From NCBI GenBank assembly GCA_044440125.1, contig JBITAJ010000011.1:102648-166647 (forward strand): DNA of 64,000 bases. The letters run 5' to 3'. Position 1 is the stretch's first letter. Each line of letters opens with the position of its first letter. The position numbers and the translations under genes are program-made. Under the pieces are notes generated by a model. It did no database searches and was not told the origin of the DNA. It saw nothing but the letters and a program-made list of their open reading frames with translations. Source of the stretch: Sedimentisphaeraceae bacterium JB056. GTDB taxonomy: Bacteria > Planctomycetota > Phycisphaerae > Sedimentisphaerales > Sedimentisphaeraceae. Below are positions 49,901 to 59,382 of the stretch, piece by piece.

Positions 49901-50281
49901 GTAATCAACGATGTTGATCCTGGTGATGAGACATTTGGCACTGTATATACAATTAGCGGCAACACGATGACTTATGACAGTTCGTTAACAACTAATTGTT
50001 TGGCGATTGCATTCCGTGCTTCAGGTTACGATCCAATCGGTTACAATTATCTTATGACTGCTGTCGAAGGTGCAATACTTGAAGGAACTGATGCGGCTGC
50101 TAAGAAAACTTTGTTACTTACTAATTGCGGATTGGATTTTAATCAAATCCTTATAAGTGGTAATACTTCTACAAATGAAGATATGTTTATGTCTTATTCT
50201 TGTGAAGCACTCTATGGTGCAGTAGGTAAAGGTTGGGAATCTATCGCAGATATAAGTGATATTTTAACTATTGCAGAATAA
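46949..50281 (+). CDS. Secreted modular protein: three CBM-like domains, two FN3-like linkers, dockerin-like segment, C-terminal beta-helix-like domain
   Basis: Repeated E.FE.F...D.T.Y..LR.W.KG...IYIDRIE units; GDFNFDFAIDDSDL; C-terminal domain shared with 44166 and 50359. Confidence 0.7.
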   Translation: MKQKIYLIIVLLFAVCLVSADDQVFENFEGFADSQELVSQTIPYQLYVSASYPTNVTVETSGAYDGLQCLSMTPLITGKSYSPFEFRSDSSVTWDWTAYDKLRFNVKGLAGNGTYDIKVRLYNRWINADYMIAEQIIADITDVTEWTPVEIPLTGLDREDIKSIHITIYKASAANPTIYFDEFELLQSKFVGPVNLHYTGIPTEMQFDFELSDPNFSPVTLEYGVGGLDNSVDVEGTLNDYDFSYVLTGLTPNKIYDYKLSADGYEKTGSFASEQTADNTFVIEDFESFSNSEDLINASTTYSYPAASDSTTTVELVTTNAFDGSQAMMFSTYINKGYFFGGLTFTNTLDLTDYNILRVWYKGDVTNEDGYIPRIRVQGDGVRFVDQPLETFMTDDFWSYADVVIDSNAGWAQIEKIYLSGYKTSTILGTLYIDRIEAIKSTVVNSNIGQYYPGSCDMMDINFSVSDPNLTPIEISYGIGNYDSSISVASPILDPYVNVNFEDLIPGSTYNFRVDSCQPPYEGTFVTEALPVDTYLIQDYEDYADTAELTADTLNYAPSGVIMELDGTTSYEGIYAAKFSSQNSSSYFFAGLKFTDVRKGGIDFTGYDKLRIWFKGDTSNEAGKALAVRILHDDGTRIVDDMDTGVTTDIDVWSHIDIPITTAQDWSDVEYILMRPSKGYSIEGTIYIDRVEAIKETGSEVSGDFNFDFAIDDSDLTELASQWLNSRGYSDYSTMAANWSMDFVQGQISSLYLSPDGSGTGLSYDDPANYLAAGLWDAVNLSLENHPVTVTLQDGQYVGSLLMIGVGNENNTLTIRGESSNGVVFDSAQSTQFEILSCQNMVIKNINFTGDTAGYGLKISSYGADTTNYDSCVPSKNIVVDSCNWYDMPQDLYGSFGVSFGSHDVTLKNSTFYRIGQTAGSHMIYNAYGADYVDTLNCYFEDCSGAYVRYRANSDYAVISDNTFVSTGTYVNADPSNEIFLHIPVINDVDPGDETFGTVYTISGNTMTYDSSLTTNCLAIAFRASGYDPIGYNYLMTAVEGAILEGTDAAAKKTLLLTNCGLDFNQILISGNTSTNEDMFMSYSCEALYGAVGKGWESIADISDILTIAE

Positions 50282-50358
50282 ACCAGGATTTTGAAAATCT
50301 ATTAAGGCGCTTTGTGAAAACAGATCGCCTTATATTTTGTCATAACAGGAACAGAATT

Positions 50359-51480
50359 ATGCATAAAGTTTTATTTCTAGTTTTGTTGATAACATCAGTA
50401 TGTCTGTCGTATACAAAAATCTATGTTGGCTGTGAGGATAAAGGCTTGGCTGATGGGCTGAATCCCCAAAACTGCAGGAACTATCTTGATCAATCCCTTT
50501 GGAAGAGTGTGAATGAAGAATTGAAAAAAAATGATGTCAGAGTAGTTTTTGTCGCAGGCATATATGATAAGGGCGGTTTGATACTCAATGGTATCGGGAA
50601 TACCCAAAATCATGTTACTATTGGCGGTGAACAAGAGAATACTGTCAAATTTTGTAGTGATACAAGCTCGTTGCTGCGATTTGGCGGATGCACAAATATT
50701 GCTGTTGAGAATTTTGATTTTACAGGTCCTGCCACGGGATATTGTTTTGCCATCGGCAGAGATAAGGATAATATACCAAGTAGTGATATAACTGTAAGCC
50801 ACTGTCATTTTTACGATTTGCCCGATCTTTTCTATGGCTGCTTTGGTTCGCATTACGGCAGCACTAATGTAGTACTTAGTGATTGTACATTTAAAAATAC
50901 CGGTTCTGATATATATTGCCATCAAGTTTATAATTCTTACGGCTCAAAATATATGCACATAATCAACTGTCATTTTGAGGATAATGCAGGTTCTTATGTC
51001 AGATACAGAGATGGTGCGGATTATGGCATAATCGCAGGAAATACATTTGTTTCCACAGGCCGCTCGAAGAATTATGGCAAGCGTGAAATATTTCTTGAAC
51101 TGTCGGCTTACAGCCTTAAAGAAAATTACAATGAAATATTCGCTACTCACTTTTGGATTACGAACAATACCTTCAAATTCTCCGAAAAAGAATCCGATAT
51201 TCGTTACGGCATGAGGATACATCATACCGGTTTTAATCCTGAAGGCCGCAAACATCTGATGAGTGGTGAAGAAGGCGAAATACTTGAAGGTGAAGACTCC
51301 TTTGCTAAAAAGAAACTTTTGCTGGAAAATTGTCATATTGATACGGATAAAATAAATTTTCGTAATAACACATGGATTAATGAAGACTGGAAAGTCGGTT
51401 TTATGTCTGGAAAAGGTAAGGCTCCACATGATGGATGGGAAGGCAGAGTTGATATTACCAATCTCTTCAAGTTTGAATAG
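50359..51480 (+). CDS. Secreted stand-alone beta-helix-like domain protein
   Basis: Signal peptide; H..YN.YG..Y...NC.FED..GSYVRYR...DYG.I.GNTFVSTG shared with two paralogues. Confidence 0.7.
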   Translation: MHKVLFLVLLITSVCLSYTKIYVGCEDKGLADGLNPQNCRNYLDQSLWKSVNEELKKNDVRVVFVAGIYDKGGLILNGIGNTQNHVTIGGEQENTVKFCSDTSSLLRFGGCTNIAVENFDFTGPATGYCFAIGRDKDNIPSSDITVSHCHFYDLPDLFYGCFGSHYGSTNVVLSDCTFKNTGSDIYCHQVYNSYGSKYMHIINCHFEDNAGSYVRYRDGADYGIIAGNTFVSTGRSKNYGKREIFLELSAYSLKENYNEIFATHFWITNNTFKFSEKESDIRYGMRIHHTGFNPEGRKHLMSGEEGEILEGEDSFAKKKLLLENCHIDTDKINFRNNTWINEDWKVGFMSGKGKAPHDGWEGRVDITNLFKFE

Positions 51481-51580
51481 GTTCGGATTGCTGCAGAAAG
51501 AGTGATTACAATGTATTTTGGAATACGATCTCGTAATACTATTGAATTCTTAAACTGTAAGGTTTTTGAAAGGTATTTGT

Positions 51581-52612
51581 TTGAATAGTTATAAAAAAAA
51601 ATTGCGTGTTGCGGTAATTGGCCTTGGCAGAATTGGATGGCAGTATCACTTGCCGCAGATTGAATCTCATGAAGGTTTTGAATTAGTTGCTGTTGTTGAT
51701 CCTTTACCTGAGCGATTAGAAGAGGCTAAGGTGAAATATAATGTACAGGGATTCACTGATTATACACAAATGTTAAGCCGGATAAAACCTGATCTTGTGG
51801 TTGTGGCTTCTCCAACACAGTTTCATTGTGACCAGAGTATTCTTGCTTTTGAGTATGGTGCTGATGTGTTTTGCGAGAAGCCGGTAGTGTTAAATAATGG
51901 TCAGTTAGATAAAATAATAGATTCGATGCAAAAGCATAAACGTAAGTTTATGGTGTATCAGCCGTATCGGCTTTCAAGTGAGATTTCTTGTTTGAAACAT
52001 ATCTTGGAAGATCAGCTTGTCGGCGATTTGTATATGATTAAGCGAACTTTTCGCAGGTATTCAAGGCGAGATGATTGGCAGGCTTTTTCAGCCAATGGAG
52101 GGGGAATGGTTTATAACTATGGATCGCATTTTATAGACCAGTTGTTATACATTGCCGGTTTTGATGTTTCTTATGTGAAATGTTTTACTGATACTATTGC
52201 AACGCTTGGGGATGCTGAGGATGTGGCTAAAGTAGTGATGCAGACAGATGGTGGTGTACTCCTTGATCTTGATATAAATTGTGCAGCTGCTCTGCCTATG
52301 CGTCCATGGCAGTTATTTGGTAAGTATGGGAGTATTACTAATGATGTCAATTCTTCAAAATTTTACGTGCGTTATTTTGCACTTGAAGAGATAGAGCCGT
52401 TTTCGGCTAATCCGCAGCTTGCTGCGGCAGGTCGTCAATATTGTAATAATCCTGATATAAAATGGCAAGAAAGGGTTTATGATGCTAATGATTTTGATGG
52501 GGCGGATTATTATGATAAATGTTATGACTATTTTGCTTTGACACGCGAGTCGTTTGTTCCTGTTTGGGAAACAAGGATGCTTGTTGATATAATTGACAAA
52601 TGTAAGAAGTGA
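51581..52612 (+). CDS. Gfo/Idh/MocA family oxidoreductase
   Basis: GLGRIG, CEKP, GGMVYNYGSHFIDQ; start uncertain. Confidence 0.9.
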   Translation: MNSYKKKLRVAVIGLGRIGWQYHLPQIESHEGFELVAVVDPLPERLEEAKVKYNVQGFTDYTQMLSRIKPDLVVVASPTQFHCDQSILAFEYGADVFCEKPVVLNNGQLDKIIDSMQKHKRKFMVYQPYRLSSEISCLKHILEDQLVGDLYMIKRTFRRYSRRDDWQAFSANGGGMVYNYGSHFIDQLLYIAGFDVSYVKCFTDTIATLGDAEDVAKVVMQTDGGVLLDLDINCAAALPMRPWQLFGKYGSITNDVNSSKFYVRYFALEEIEPFSANPQLAAAGRQYCNNPDIKWQERVYDANDFDGADYYDKCYDYFALTRESFVPVWETRMLVDIIDKCKK

Positions 52613-52800
52613 TAGAAGGTTGTAAAGTTTAATAAGGATATTAATAAACTAATTTTTGATATTGCCGGTTGTTTCTTTGCTGCATTTCACGATGATATGC
52701 CTACGTTTGATTTAGAGTATATAACTACCTGATTGGGTTGTGTTGATTTATGCTTTTAGTTATTTTTCAACGGAACAGGACGGTAAATACCTTGACTTAA

Positions 52801-53511
52801 TTGGGCGCTCTTTTGCATATGCAGAAATCAGTTGACTATCTCATCGAAGAGAATCGGGTGCTCCGTGAGCAACTCAAAGTCAAAACCGGATGCAAGCGGA
52901 TTATTTTGACAAATGTTCAGAGGCGGCGGCTTGCAGTCAAGGGATTTGCGGTTGGCAAACACGGCTTAAAACAAATTACGGATTTGTTCCAGCCTGCTAC
53001 GATTATCGGCTGGTATCGAAAGCTTGTTGCTCAAAAATACAACGGGGCTCCCTACCGCCGAAAATCAGATCGTCCCAGGGTTTCGCCTGAGATTATAGAG
53101 CGTGTGATATGGCTTGCAAAACGCAATTATAGCTTGGGTTATGATAAGATACGCAACAAAATGGTTTATTTAGGCTTTGAGGTTAGCCGTAGCACCGTTA
53201 AGCGAATTCTTGATGATAACGGAAATTTTTCTGAACCAGAGAAACAGCGAAGCTTGCGATGGAGTGAATTTCTCAAGTCTCACATTGATGTCATGGCGGC
53301 CACGGATTTCCTGACCGTTGAGTTATTGACCAAAAGAGGACTTGTAAGATGCATGGTTCTGTTCTTCATAAATATAGCAACTCGAAAAGTCGAAATAGCC
53401 GGTATCAAATGCGACCCTGACGGCCAATGGATGCAGCAGATCGCCAGGAATGTTACAGACAGTCAAGATGGATTCCTCAAAGATGTAAGATATTTAATAC
53501 ACGATAGGGAT
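52801..53511 (+). pseudogene. 3'-truncated rve-type transposase
   Basis: DYLIEENRVLREQL, QRRRLAVKG, WSEFLKSH..ATDFLTVE; breaks off after IHDRD. Confidence 0.85.
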
Positions 53512-53663
53512 TTCCTTGTTTATACAATAGACAATACAGGCTGCCATTGTGATTAGAAATTTCTGTTTCATAGCCAGTAAATAATACAGATGTCGGTGCT
53601 TATTGCAAGGGATTCCAACCGTAAGGGTCGTAAATGATATTTCTGTAGATGTTTATGGTTATA
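53512..53663 (-). mobile_element. Left end and N-terminus of the same IS type as 22467-22618
   Basis: ATG at 53571 gives MKQKFLITMAACIVYCINKE; by hand count 126 of 152 positions match the other copy. Confidence 0.7.
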
Positions 53664-54984
53664 TTTTTTTTGTGTTCTGAGGTGTTTTATTGCAGCATAT
53701 CATGGCGGCACCTTTGCAAGCTGGTTCGCGACAGTCTGCTGCTATGAAGCTGCATCCGTCTAATATGTCTGATTTTATGCTCAGCCAGTGACTGCTTTGA
53801 GCTCCGCCGCCTGTTGAGATAACTGTTGCCGGTATTTCATGGTTGAGCTTCAGTATCAAATCTTTCAATGTTATGGCAACTGATTCCATTGTTGCGTTTA
53901 TGAAATGGCCATGAGTGTGTTTGTCGCAAATGCCTTCAAAGGCTTCAAGACCATGATATTTGTATGCCATAGGCTGGGCAACAAGTCCTGCAGATGTACC
54001 GGTTTGTTGAGCCATCTTGACGAGTTGTTCCATCGATTGTCTGGGAGCAAATAGATTTTTGTACCATTCTAAACTAACCGCTCCGTTTTCACTGAAAGCA
54101 AGTTGGAAATATTTCCCCTTCCAGATTGAATTGCTAATGCAAACACCTCTCTGAGGCTTAAATTTGTTTGCAATATTTACACATGCAACTACAGTGCCGG
54201 TTGATTCGGTTACATTAGTTGCTTGGCCAATTCCCGCACCTATAGCTGCCATATAATGATCAAGACTTCCGGCATAAACAGGTATATCCTCTTTCAACCC
54301 CAATAGCTTGCTGCCGTCAGAAGTGATTTTTCCTGCTTTTTGTCCGCTGCGGATATTATCTGAAAGCATTGATTTGTTTATGCCAATAATTTCCAAAGCC
54401 TTTGGCCACCAGGTTTCTCTTTTAACATCAAGTAATCCTAAGAGTGAAGCAGTGCCAAGGTCGCTGTAATGATTACCTGTCAGCGAAAATATGAGATGAT
54501 CAGAAATAGTTTTGATATATCTTGTCTTTTCCCAGATTTCAGGTTGTTCTTTTTGATGCCAGAGTAGTTTGTTCGCCATCAAAGAAGGGTTTATGTCAAT
54601 ACCAACGCCTGTTGTCTGGAGGAAGTCAGGAGCTTGCCATAATTGTTTGCTTTCCGGATATACGCAGCCTGATCTAGTGTCAGGCCATAGGATCAGCGGG
54701 GTAAGAGGGGTGCATTCTTTGTCAAGGAGCAGATAGCTGTTGGCCTGAGAAGAGTATCCTACAGCTTCTATCTGATCAGGATATATCTCTGCCTCTACAG
54801 TTGCTTCTGCTATTGATGCGGCAAGAATTCTCCAAAAACGCTCTATTGGCAATTCGCATTTTCTGCTTCGGTCTTGATCTTTAGTTACGGCTTGTCTGCC
54901 CAAGCCAAGTATCTTGCCGCTGCTGCTGAAAACTGCCGCCTTAAAATAGCTTGTTCCCAAATCTATACCCAAGATGTATCTCAT
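53659..54984 (-). CDS. FGGY-family carbohydrate kinase
   Basis: YILGIDLGTS, ILWPDTR, SLDH, ESTGT, TGGGAQS, GAA. Confidence 0.9.
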   Translation of the reverse strand: MRYILGIDLGTSYFKAAVFSSSGKILGLGRQAVTKDQDRSRKCELPIERFWRILAASIAEATVEAEIYPDQIEAVGYSSQANSYLLLDKECTPLTPLILWPDTRSGCVYPESKQLWQAPDFLQTTGVGIDINPSLMANKLLWHQKEQPEIWEKTRYIKTISDHLIFSLTGNHYSDLGTASLLGLLDVKRETWWPKALEIIGINKSMLSDNIRSGQKAGKITSDGSKLLGLKEDIPVYAGSLDHYMAAIGAGIGQATNVTESTGTVVACVNIANKFKPQRGVCISNSIWKGKYFQLAFSENGAVSLEWYKNLFAPRQSMEQLVKMAQQTGTSAGLVAQPMAYKYHGLEAFEGICDKHTHGHFINATMESVAITLKDLILKLNHEIPATVISTGGGAQSSHWLSIKSDILDGCSFIAADCREPACKGAAMICCNKTPQNTKKI

Positions 54985-54997
54985 GTGGTATCCTTTT

Positions 54998-56305
54998 TTA
55001 CTTCGAGAGCATCTCAAGTGTTTTCTTAACTAATACCTTGCCGCTTTTATAGCTAAAGAGCGAGTTGGATGCTTCATAGCCGCCTTCTTGATTTGCTTGC
55101 TCTGTAACAATATATCCCTGTAATTCACCATTAGCCAGAGATATGATAAATGTGTTATCAGATTTGTCTTTTACTTCAAGCGAATATTCTACAAAGATTT
55201 CACCGGGCCAGCCAACAAAGTTCCACTTGCCTATTGACAGTATTTGTATCTCGGCAGGCAGTGTTTCTTCATAGACTTTCTTTAGCCTGCCATCTGCGGC
55301 AGCTTTTGACAGAGTATAAGTTTCTTCTGCACCAAACCAGTCACATTCAGCAGTTCTTACTTCTGTTGATGGCGCATTATTTTTTCTTAGGCTTTTCAGT
55401 CTCTCAATAGATTTGTCGAGTTTGTTTTTTGCTTCCTCAACAGGAGGGAAATTTCTCTTGGGTAAATCAGTAAGTTGTTTTGAAACATTCAGAGTTAATT
55501 CGTCCTGATACTCAATTTTTGGCAGTACTTTCTCAACTGCTGTGCCGAGAATTCTACCGAGTCGGTAGGCTTCTTCAAAAGTGTTAGCCTTAGTTACATG
55601 ACGTGGGCTTTGATTGCCGCAGGGGCCGCTGTGGTGCACTACCACGCAATCCTTGCCGAGTACGTTCTCCTGAAGATACTTACGTGACAAGCCGGGGAAG
55701 TCGCCGCTTGCAAGTTTTGAATCTTCGTGCATAACGGTCGGATGCATTGAACATACGAGCATACATGCTATGTTCTTTACTCCATCAGCAGATTTAACCA
55801 TCAACACCGGAACATTATGGTCTGCAGGGCCCTCAGGGGCACGGCGATTTGTTCCGACACCTGTATCGTCAGCAATTGCGAGTCCTATTTTTGCCACCTG
55901 GGCAGAGTCATAAGCTTCTATGCCGGCCTTGACAATACCGTCTTCCATCAGTTGTACATATTGCATATCAGCTTTAGGTATGACAGGATCTGCTTCGCTG
56001 CACATTACATCTATAGTCTTAGGCCCTGAATGCGTATGCGTTGCCGTAATCATTATATTATCGGGAGCAATGCCGGTTTCTATACTTATACGCCTTCTTG
56101 CGTTTTTAACATTGGCCTTTGGTACATACAAAATATCGTTGCCGATAAACAAGACTTTTGTTAAACCATCATCAAGAAATAATGCACTTGCCAATAACGG
56201 GTCGTGAATCCCTTTGCTGAATCTTTCTACATGAGGATAGCCATAAAGAAATTGTGAATCGACAGGACTGATGTCTACTTGTGCTGCACCTGCTTTGAGT
56301 TTCAT
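54998..56305 (-). CDS. Neutral/alkaline ceramidase-like amidohydrolase
   Basis: GIHDPLLASAL, ATHTHSGP, HPTV, SGDFPG, GPCGNQSP, PGEIF, GGYE. Confidence 0.75.
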   Translation of the reverse strand: MKLKAGAAQVDISPVDSQFLYGYPHVERFSKGIHDPLLASALFLDDGLTKVLFIGNDILYVPKANVKNARRRISIETGIAPDNIMITATHTHSGPKTIDVMCSEADPVIPKADMQYVQLMEDGIVKAGIEAYDSAQVAKIGLAIADDTGVGTNRRAPEGPADHNVPVLMVKSADGVKNIACMLVCSMHPTVMHEDSKLASGDFPGLSRKYLQENVLGKDCVVVHHSGPCGNQSPRHVTKANTFEEAYRLGRILGTAVEKVLPKIEYQDELTLNVSKQLTDLPKRNFPPVEEAKNKLDKSIERLKSLRKNNAPSTEVRTAECDWFGAEETYTLSKAAADGRLKKVYEETLPAEIQILSIGKWNFVGWPGEIFVEYSLEVKDKSDNTFIISLANGELQGYIVTEQANQEGGYEASNSLFSYKSGKVLVKKTLEMLSK

Positions 56306-56307
56306 AA

Positions 56308-57240
56308 TCAGTACCCCGCTGTCCAGTCTGTTTCTATATTCATAGCGGCTGTTTCTGTTACGTAAACATCTGTACGCAAAGTCTGGAGTATTGATTCAGG
56401 AATCAGTGGCGTAACAGGACCATGCAGAACAAGCCTTGTTGTAAGTCGCTGCCAAGAACTTAAACTTCCTGCGATTGTTATACCGTGTGTATCAAAGCGA
56501 TGTTTCGCAGCTATGACATCAGCAGGTCCTATAGTCGCAGCCTTTGGGGGTACCATTGAAAGGTCGCCGCTTCTTCCAAAACAGCCATGCAGAGAGTTCT
56601 GAGCTAAAGTGAATGGGCTTAGTGTTACGATTTTTGCACCGAATGTTTTCCATTCTTCCAATGGTGCTTGAAGTTCCGGCGCATCGGGTTCTATGAATGC
56701 AAGGTGTCCGGTCCAGCCGGGGCCGCTATAACAGATGTCGGCGCCGCCCTGATCTGCCAGAAGCTTGCTGTAATCATTTACGTCTACATCGCAGAAACAT
56801 ACGAATTGTTCACGCGGCGGGCGAAGTTCTTCGTCGATTTCATAATAGAAATATTTGAGCATCGCATGACTGAATCCGAATTCCCAGCTTTCCGGAGCAA
56901 TATTACCGTTCTGATCAGCGTATTCATCCATCGCAAAAGCCCATAGGTTTTTACAATTGATTCTGCACTGGTTGATTATTCTTGCAACATGCCTGTAGCC
57001 TGGCCATGGATTAGGAAGTATCATAACCACTTTTTCACCTGAGTCGCTTGCCAGCTTAAGTCTTGATATTAAATCTGCGAACCAGATAAATGTTGCGTCC
57101 TCATCTTGCACTACCTGGATTCTGAAATCAGGATTGGGGTGTTTATCTATATCCTCACGTTTAATTCTTCGACATCTTGCGATTACTTCTTTATCTCTGA
57201 AGGGTACGCATTCAGCTGCTTCGTAAACAAAATCTGCCAT
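56308..57240 (-). CDS. Divergent glucosamine-6-phosphate deaminase/isomerase (NagB-like)
   Basis: AMDEY, SGPGWTGHLAFIEP (compare GIG.NGHIGFNEP), LHGPVTPLIPES. Confidence 0.7.
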   Translation of the reverse strand: MADFVYEAAECVPFRDKEVIARCRRIKREDIDKHPNPDFRIQVVQDEDATFIWFADLISRLKLASDSGEKVVMILPNPWPGYRHVARIINQCRINCKNLWAFAMDEYADQNGNIAPESWEFGFSHAMLKYFYYEIDEELRPPREQFVCFCDVDVNDYSKLLADQGGADICYSGPGWTGHLAFIEPDAPELQAPLEEWKTFGAKIVTLSPFTLAQNSLHGCFGRSGDLSMVPPKAATIGPADVIAAKHRFDTHGITIAGSLSSWQRLTTRLVLHGPVTPLIPESILQTLRTDVYVTETAAMNIETDWTAGY

Positions 57241-57242
57241 TT

Positions 57243-58421
57243 TTAATTTCCTTCTTTATTTTTGTCATATTTGCACAGACCTTTGATCCAGGTCTTATTG
57301 ACATTCATATTTTTATCAAGCAGTACAAGGTCGGCGTCAAAGCCTTCTTTGATTTGTCCTTTTGTATTCTCAAGCCCTAAGACTTTCGCAGGGTTTGAAC
57401 TTGCCAATTTCACAGCCTGACACAGATCAATCTCCAAAAGCTTGACTGCGTTAGCTACTGCTATGTCCATCGTAAGACCGCTTCCTGCAAGAGAATTGCT
57501 TGACACTATTCTTGCCGGTCCGCCCGGATATTTAATTTCTACATCACAACCGGCAAATTTATGAATACCCGGACAAGCTCCTGCCCCCGGACTGGCATCG
57601 GTCACAAGACAAACTTTATCCATACCTTTGCAATTCAATGCCATCTTAACGGCAATCGGGTCAACATGCTCTCCATCAAGAATAAAATCGACACTTACAT
57701 CTGGGCTTGCAAGTATGGCTTCAACTGCACCGCACGGCCTTACACCGGGATCAGTTTCTGCAGGAGGGTAGAATACATCGTAAAAATGGGTTGCGTGGCA
57801 GGCTCCAAGCTCTATGGCCTTTAGTGTTTGCTCTACGTTAGCCGCAGTATGTGTAATAAAGACAGGGGAGTTATCTTGTCTCATTATCGGCAGCAAATTC
57901 TCTATGCCTTCAAATTCAGGAGAAATACTGAATATTGTCTTGTAAGGTTTTGCTGCCGTGATGAGTTTTTCGACTCTCTTTTTATCTGCACTGCCTAAAG
58001 CCTCAGGCGGCAAAGCTCCCGTAATAGAAAGAAACGGGCCTTCAAGGTGGAAGCCAAGGGTTTGGGCACCATCAGTGTCTGTGTTGGCTAATTTTGAAAG
58101 GTACAAGCTGTCATTGCCTGCCTTTTGCGGGGCAAGTGTTGGCAGGAAACCTGTAACTCCAAATTTAGGTAAATTTGCTGCTATATATTTATATTCAGCA
58201 GTTCCGTTGTCAAGGCATCTGCCTTCGAGTCCATGTATATGTAAATCAATGAATCCCGGTGCAAGGAAGAGTCCTTGCGCATCTATGCTGTCTATTCCAG
58301 AAGGAATGTTATCTTCGGGGCCGAATACTTTATGTATTTTGCCTTTCTTGCAGTAAACACTTTGGTTTTCAAGTATGGTTTCACCAATTAGTGTACAGTT
58401 TTTAATTATGAAATCAGCCAT
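57243..58421 (-). CDS. N-acetylglucosamine-6-phosphate deacetylase-like amidohydrolase (NagA family)
   Basis: PGFIDLHIHG, HLEGPF, THFYD, DGEHV, VTDA, LAGSGL, GFDADL. Confidence 0.85.
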   Translation of the reverse strand: MADFIIKNCTLIGETILENQSVYCKKGKIHKVFGPEDNIPSGIDSIDAQGLFLAPGFIDLHIHGLEGRCLDNGTAEYKYIAANLPKFGVTGFLPTLAPQKAGNDSLYLSKLANTDTDGAQTLGFHLEGPFLSITGALPPEALGSADKKRVEKLITAAKPYKTIFSISPEFEGIENLLPIMRQDNSPVFITHTAANVEQTLKAIELGACHATHFYDVFYPPAETDPGVRPCGAVEAILASPDVSVDFILDGEHVDPIAVKMALNCKGMDKVCLVTDASPGAGACPGIHKFAGCDVEIKYPGGPARIVSSNSLAGSGLTMDIAVANAVKLLEIDLCQAVKLASSNPAKVLGLENTKGQIKEGFDADLVLLDKNMNVNKTWIKGLCKYDKNKEGN

Positions 58422-58598
58422 CGCTAATTCTTCTATTATAAGATTTTTACAAGTTAATTTCTGTTATTTTGTCGTGTCTTGACTTTATAGTATTGTAAAA
58501 ACAATTTGTTTAAAATCGAGTTTTAAACTTGACGATTATGTTACTAAGTGTTATATTATCATTCAAAATAACATTTGCAAGCATTTTTTAGGTTAAAT

Positions 58599-59372
58599 AT
58601 GAAAATTTCTGCAATACAAAGACGCAATCAGATAAAAAGTCTTATAGCTAATAATCAATCCTTCACAGTCGCCGGACTTGCTGAGGAATTCAAGGTCAGC
58701 GAAATGACTATACACAGAGATTTGAATTTTCTGGAAGAAGAAGGTCATATACAGCGAGTTCATGGTGGGGTTGTACCTACTGAGCGAATGGAGTTTGAGT
58801 TTGATTTTGCAGCAAAAAGAGCGGCAAATAAAGAAGTCAAGCAACTTATAGCAAAAGAGGCGTTGAAAAAAGTGAAGTCGGGTCAGCGGCTTATCATAGA
58901 TAATGGGACCACTACACTTGAGCTTGCATATCTGATTAGAGATTATGAAAATCTGACAGTGATAACTCCAAGCTTAGCAGTTGCCTCTGTCTTACAGTTT
59001 TCAGAGGGTATTGAGACAATCTTGCTTGGAGGAACGATAAGGCACAGAAGCCCAGATCTCACTGGAGCTGTTGCAGAGGCGGTTCTTGATATGTTTGCGG
59101 TTGATATAGTATTTCAGGGAGCAGATGCCATAGATCTTGATGGTGCTATATACAATGTTGACATAAGGATGGCGAGGGTCGATCAGAAAATGCGTAAACG
59201 AGGTAAATACACATATGTTTTGTGTGACAGCTCGAAGATAGGAAAGACGGAGTTGGCATCTAACGGCTTCATTTCAGAGGTCGATGGACTTATAACAGAT
59301 AGTAACATAAAAGATAATGATCTTTCAGTGTTAAAAAAAATTAACAAAAATATATCAGTAGTAAAAGTATAA
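58599..59372 (+). CDS. DeoR/GlpR-family regulator
   Basis: VSEMTIHRDL..L, RVHGG, IIDNGTTT, DSSKIG. Confidence 0.93.
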   Translation: MKISAIQRRNQIKSLIANNQSFTVAGLAEEFKVSEMTIHRDLNFLEEEGHIQRVHGGVVPTERMEFEFDFAAKRAANKEVKQLIAKEALKKVKSGQRLIIDNGTTTLELAYLIRDYENLTVITPSLAVASVLQFSEGIETILLGGTIRHRSPDLTGAVAEAVLDMFAVDIVFQGADAIDLDGAIYNVDIRMARVDQKMRKRGKYTYVLCDSSKIGKTELASNGFISEVDGLITDSNIKDNDLSVLKKINKNISVVKV

Positions 59373-59382
59373 GGAGTTTCTG

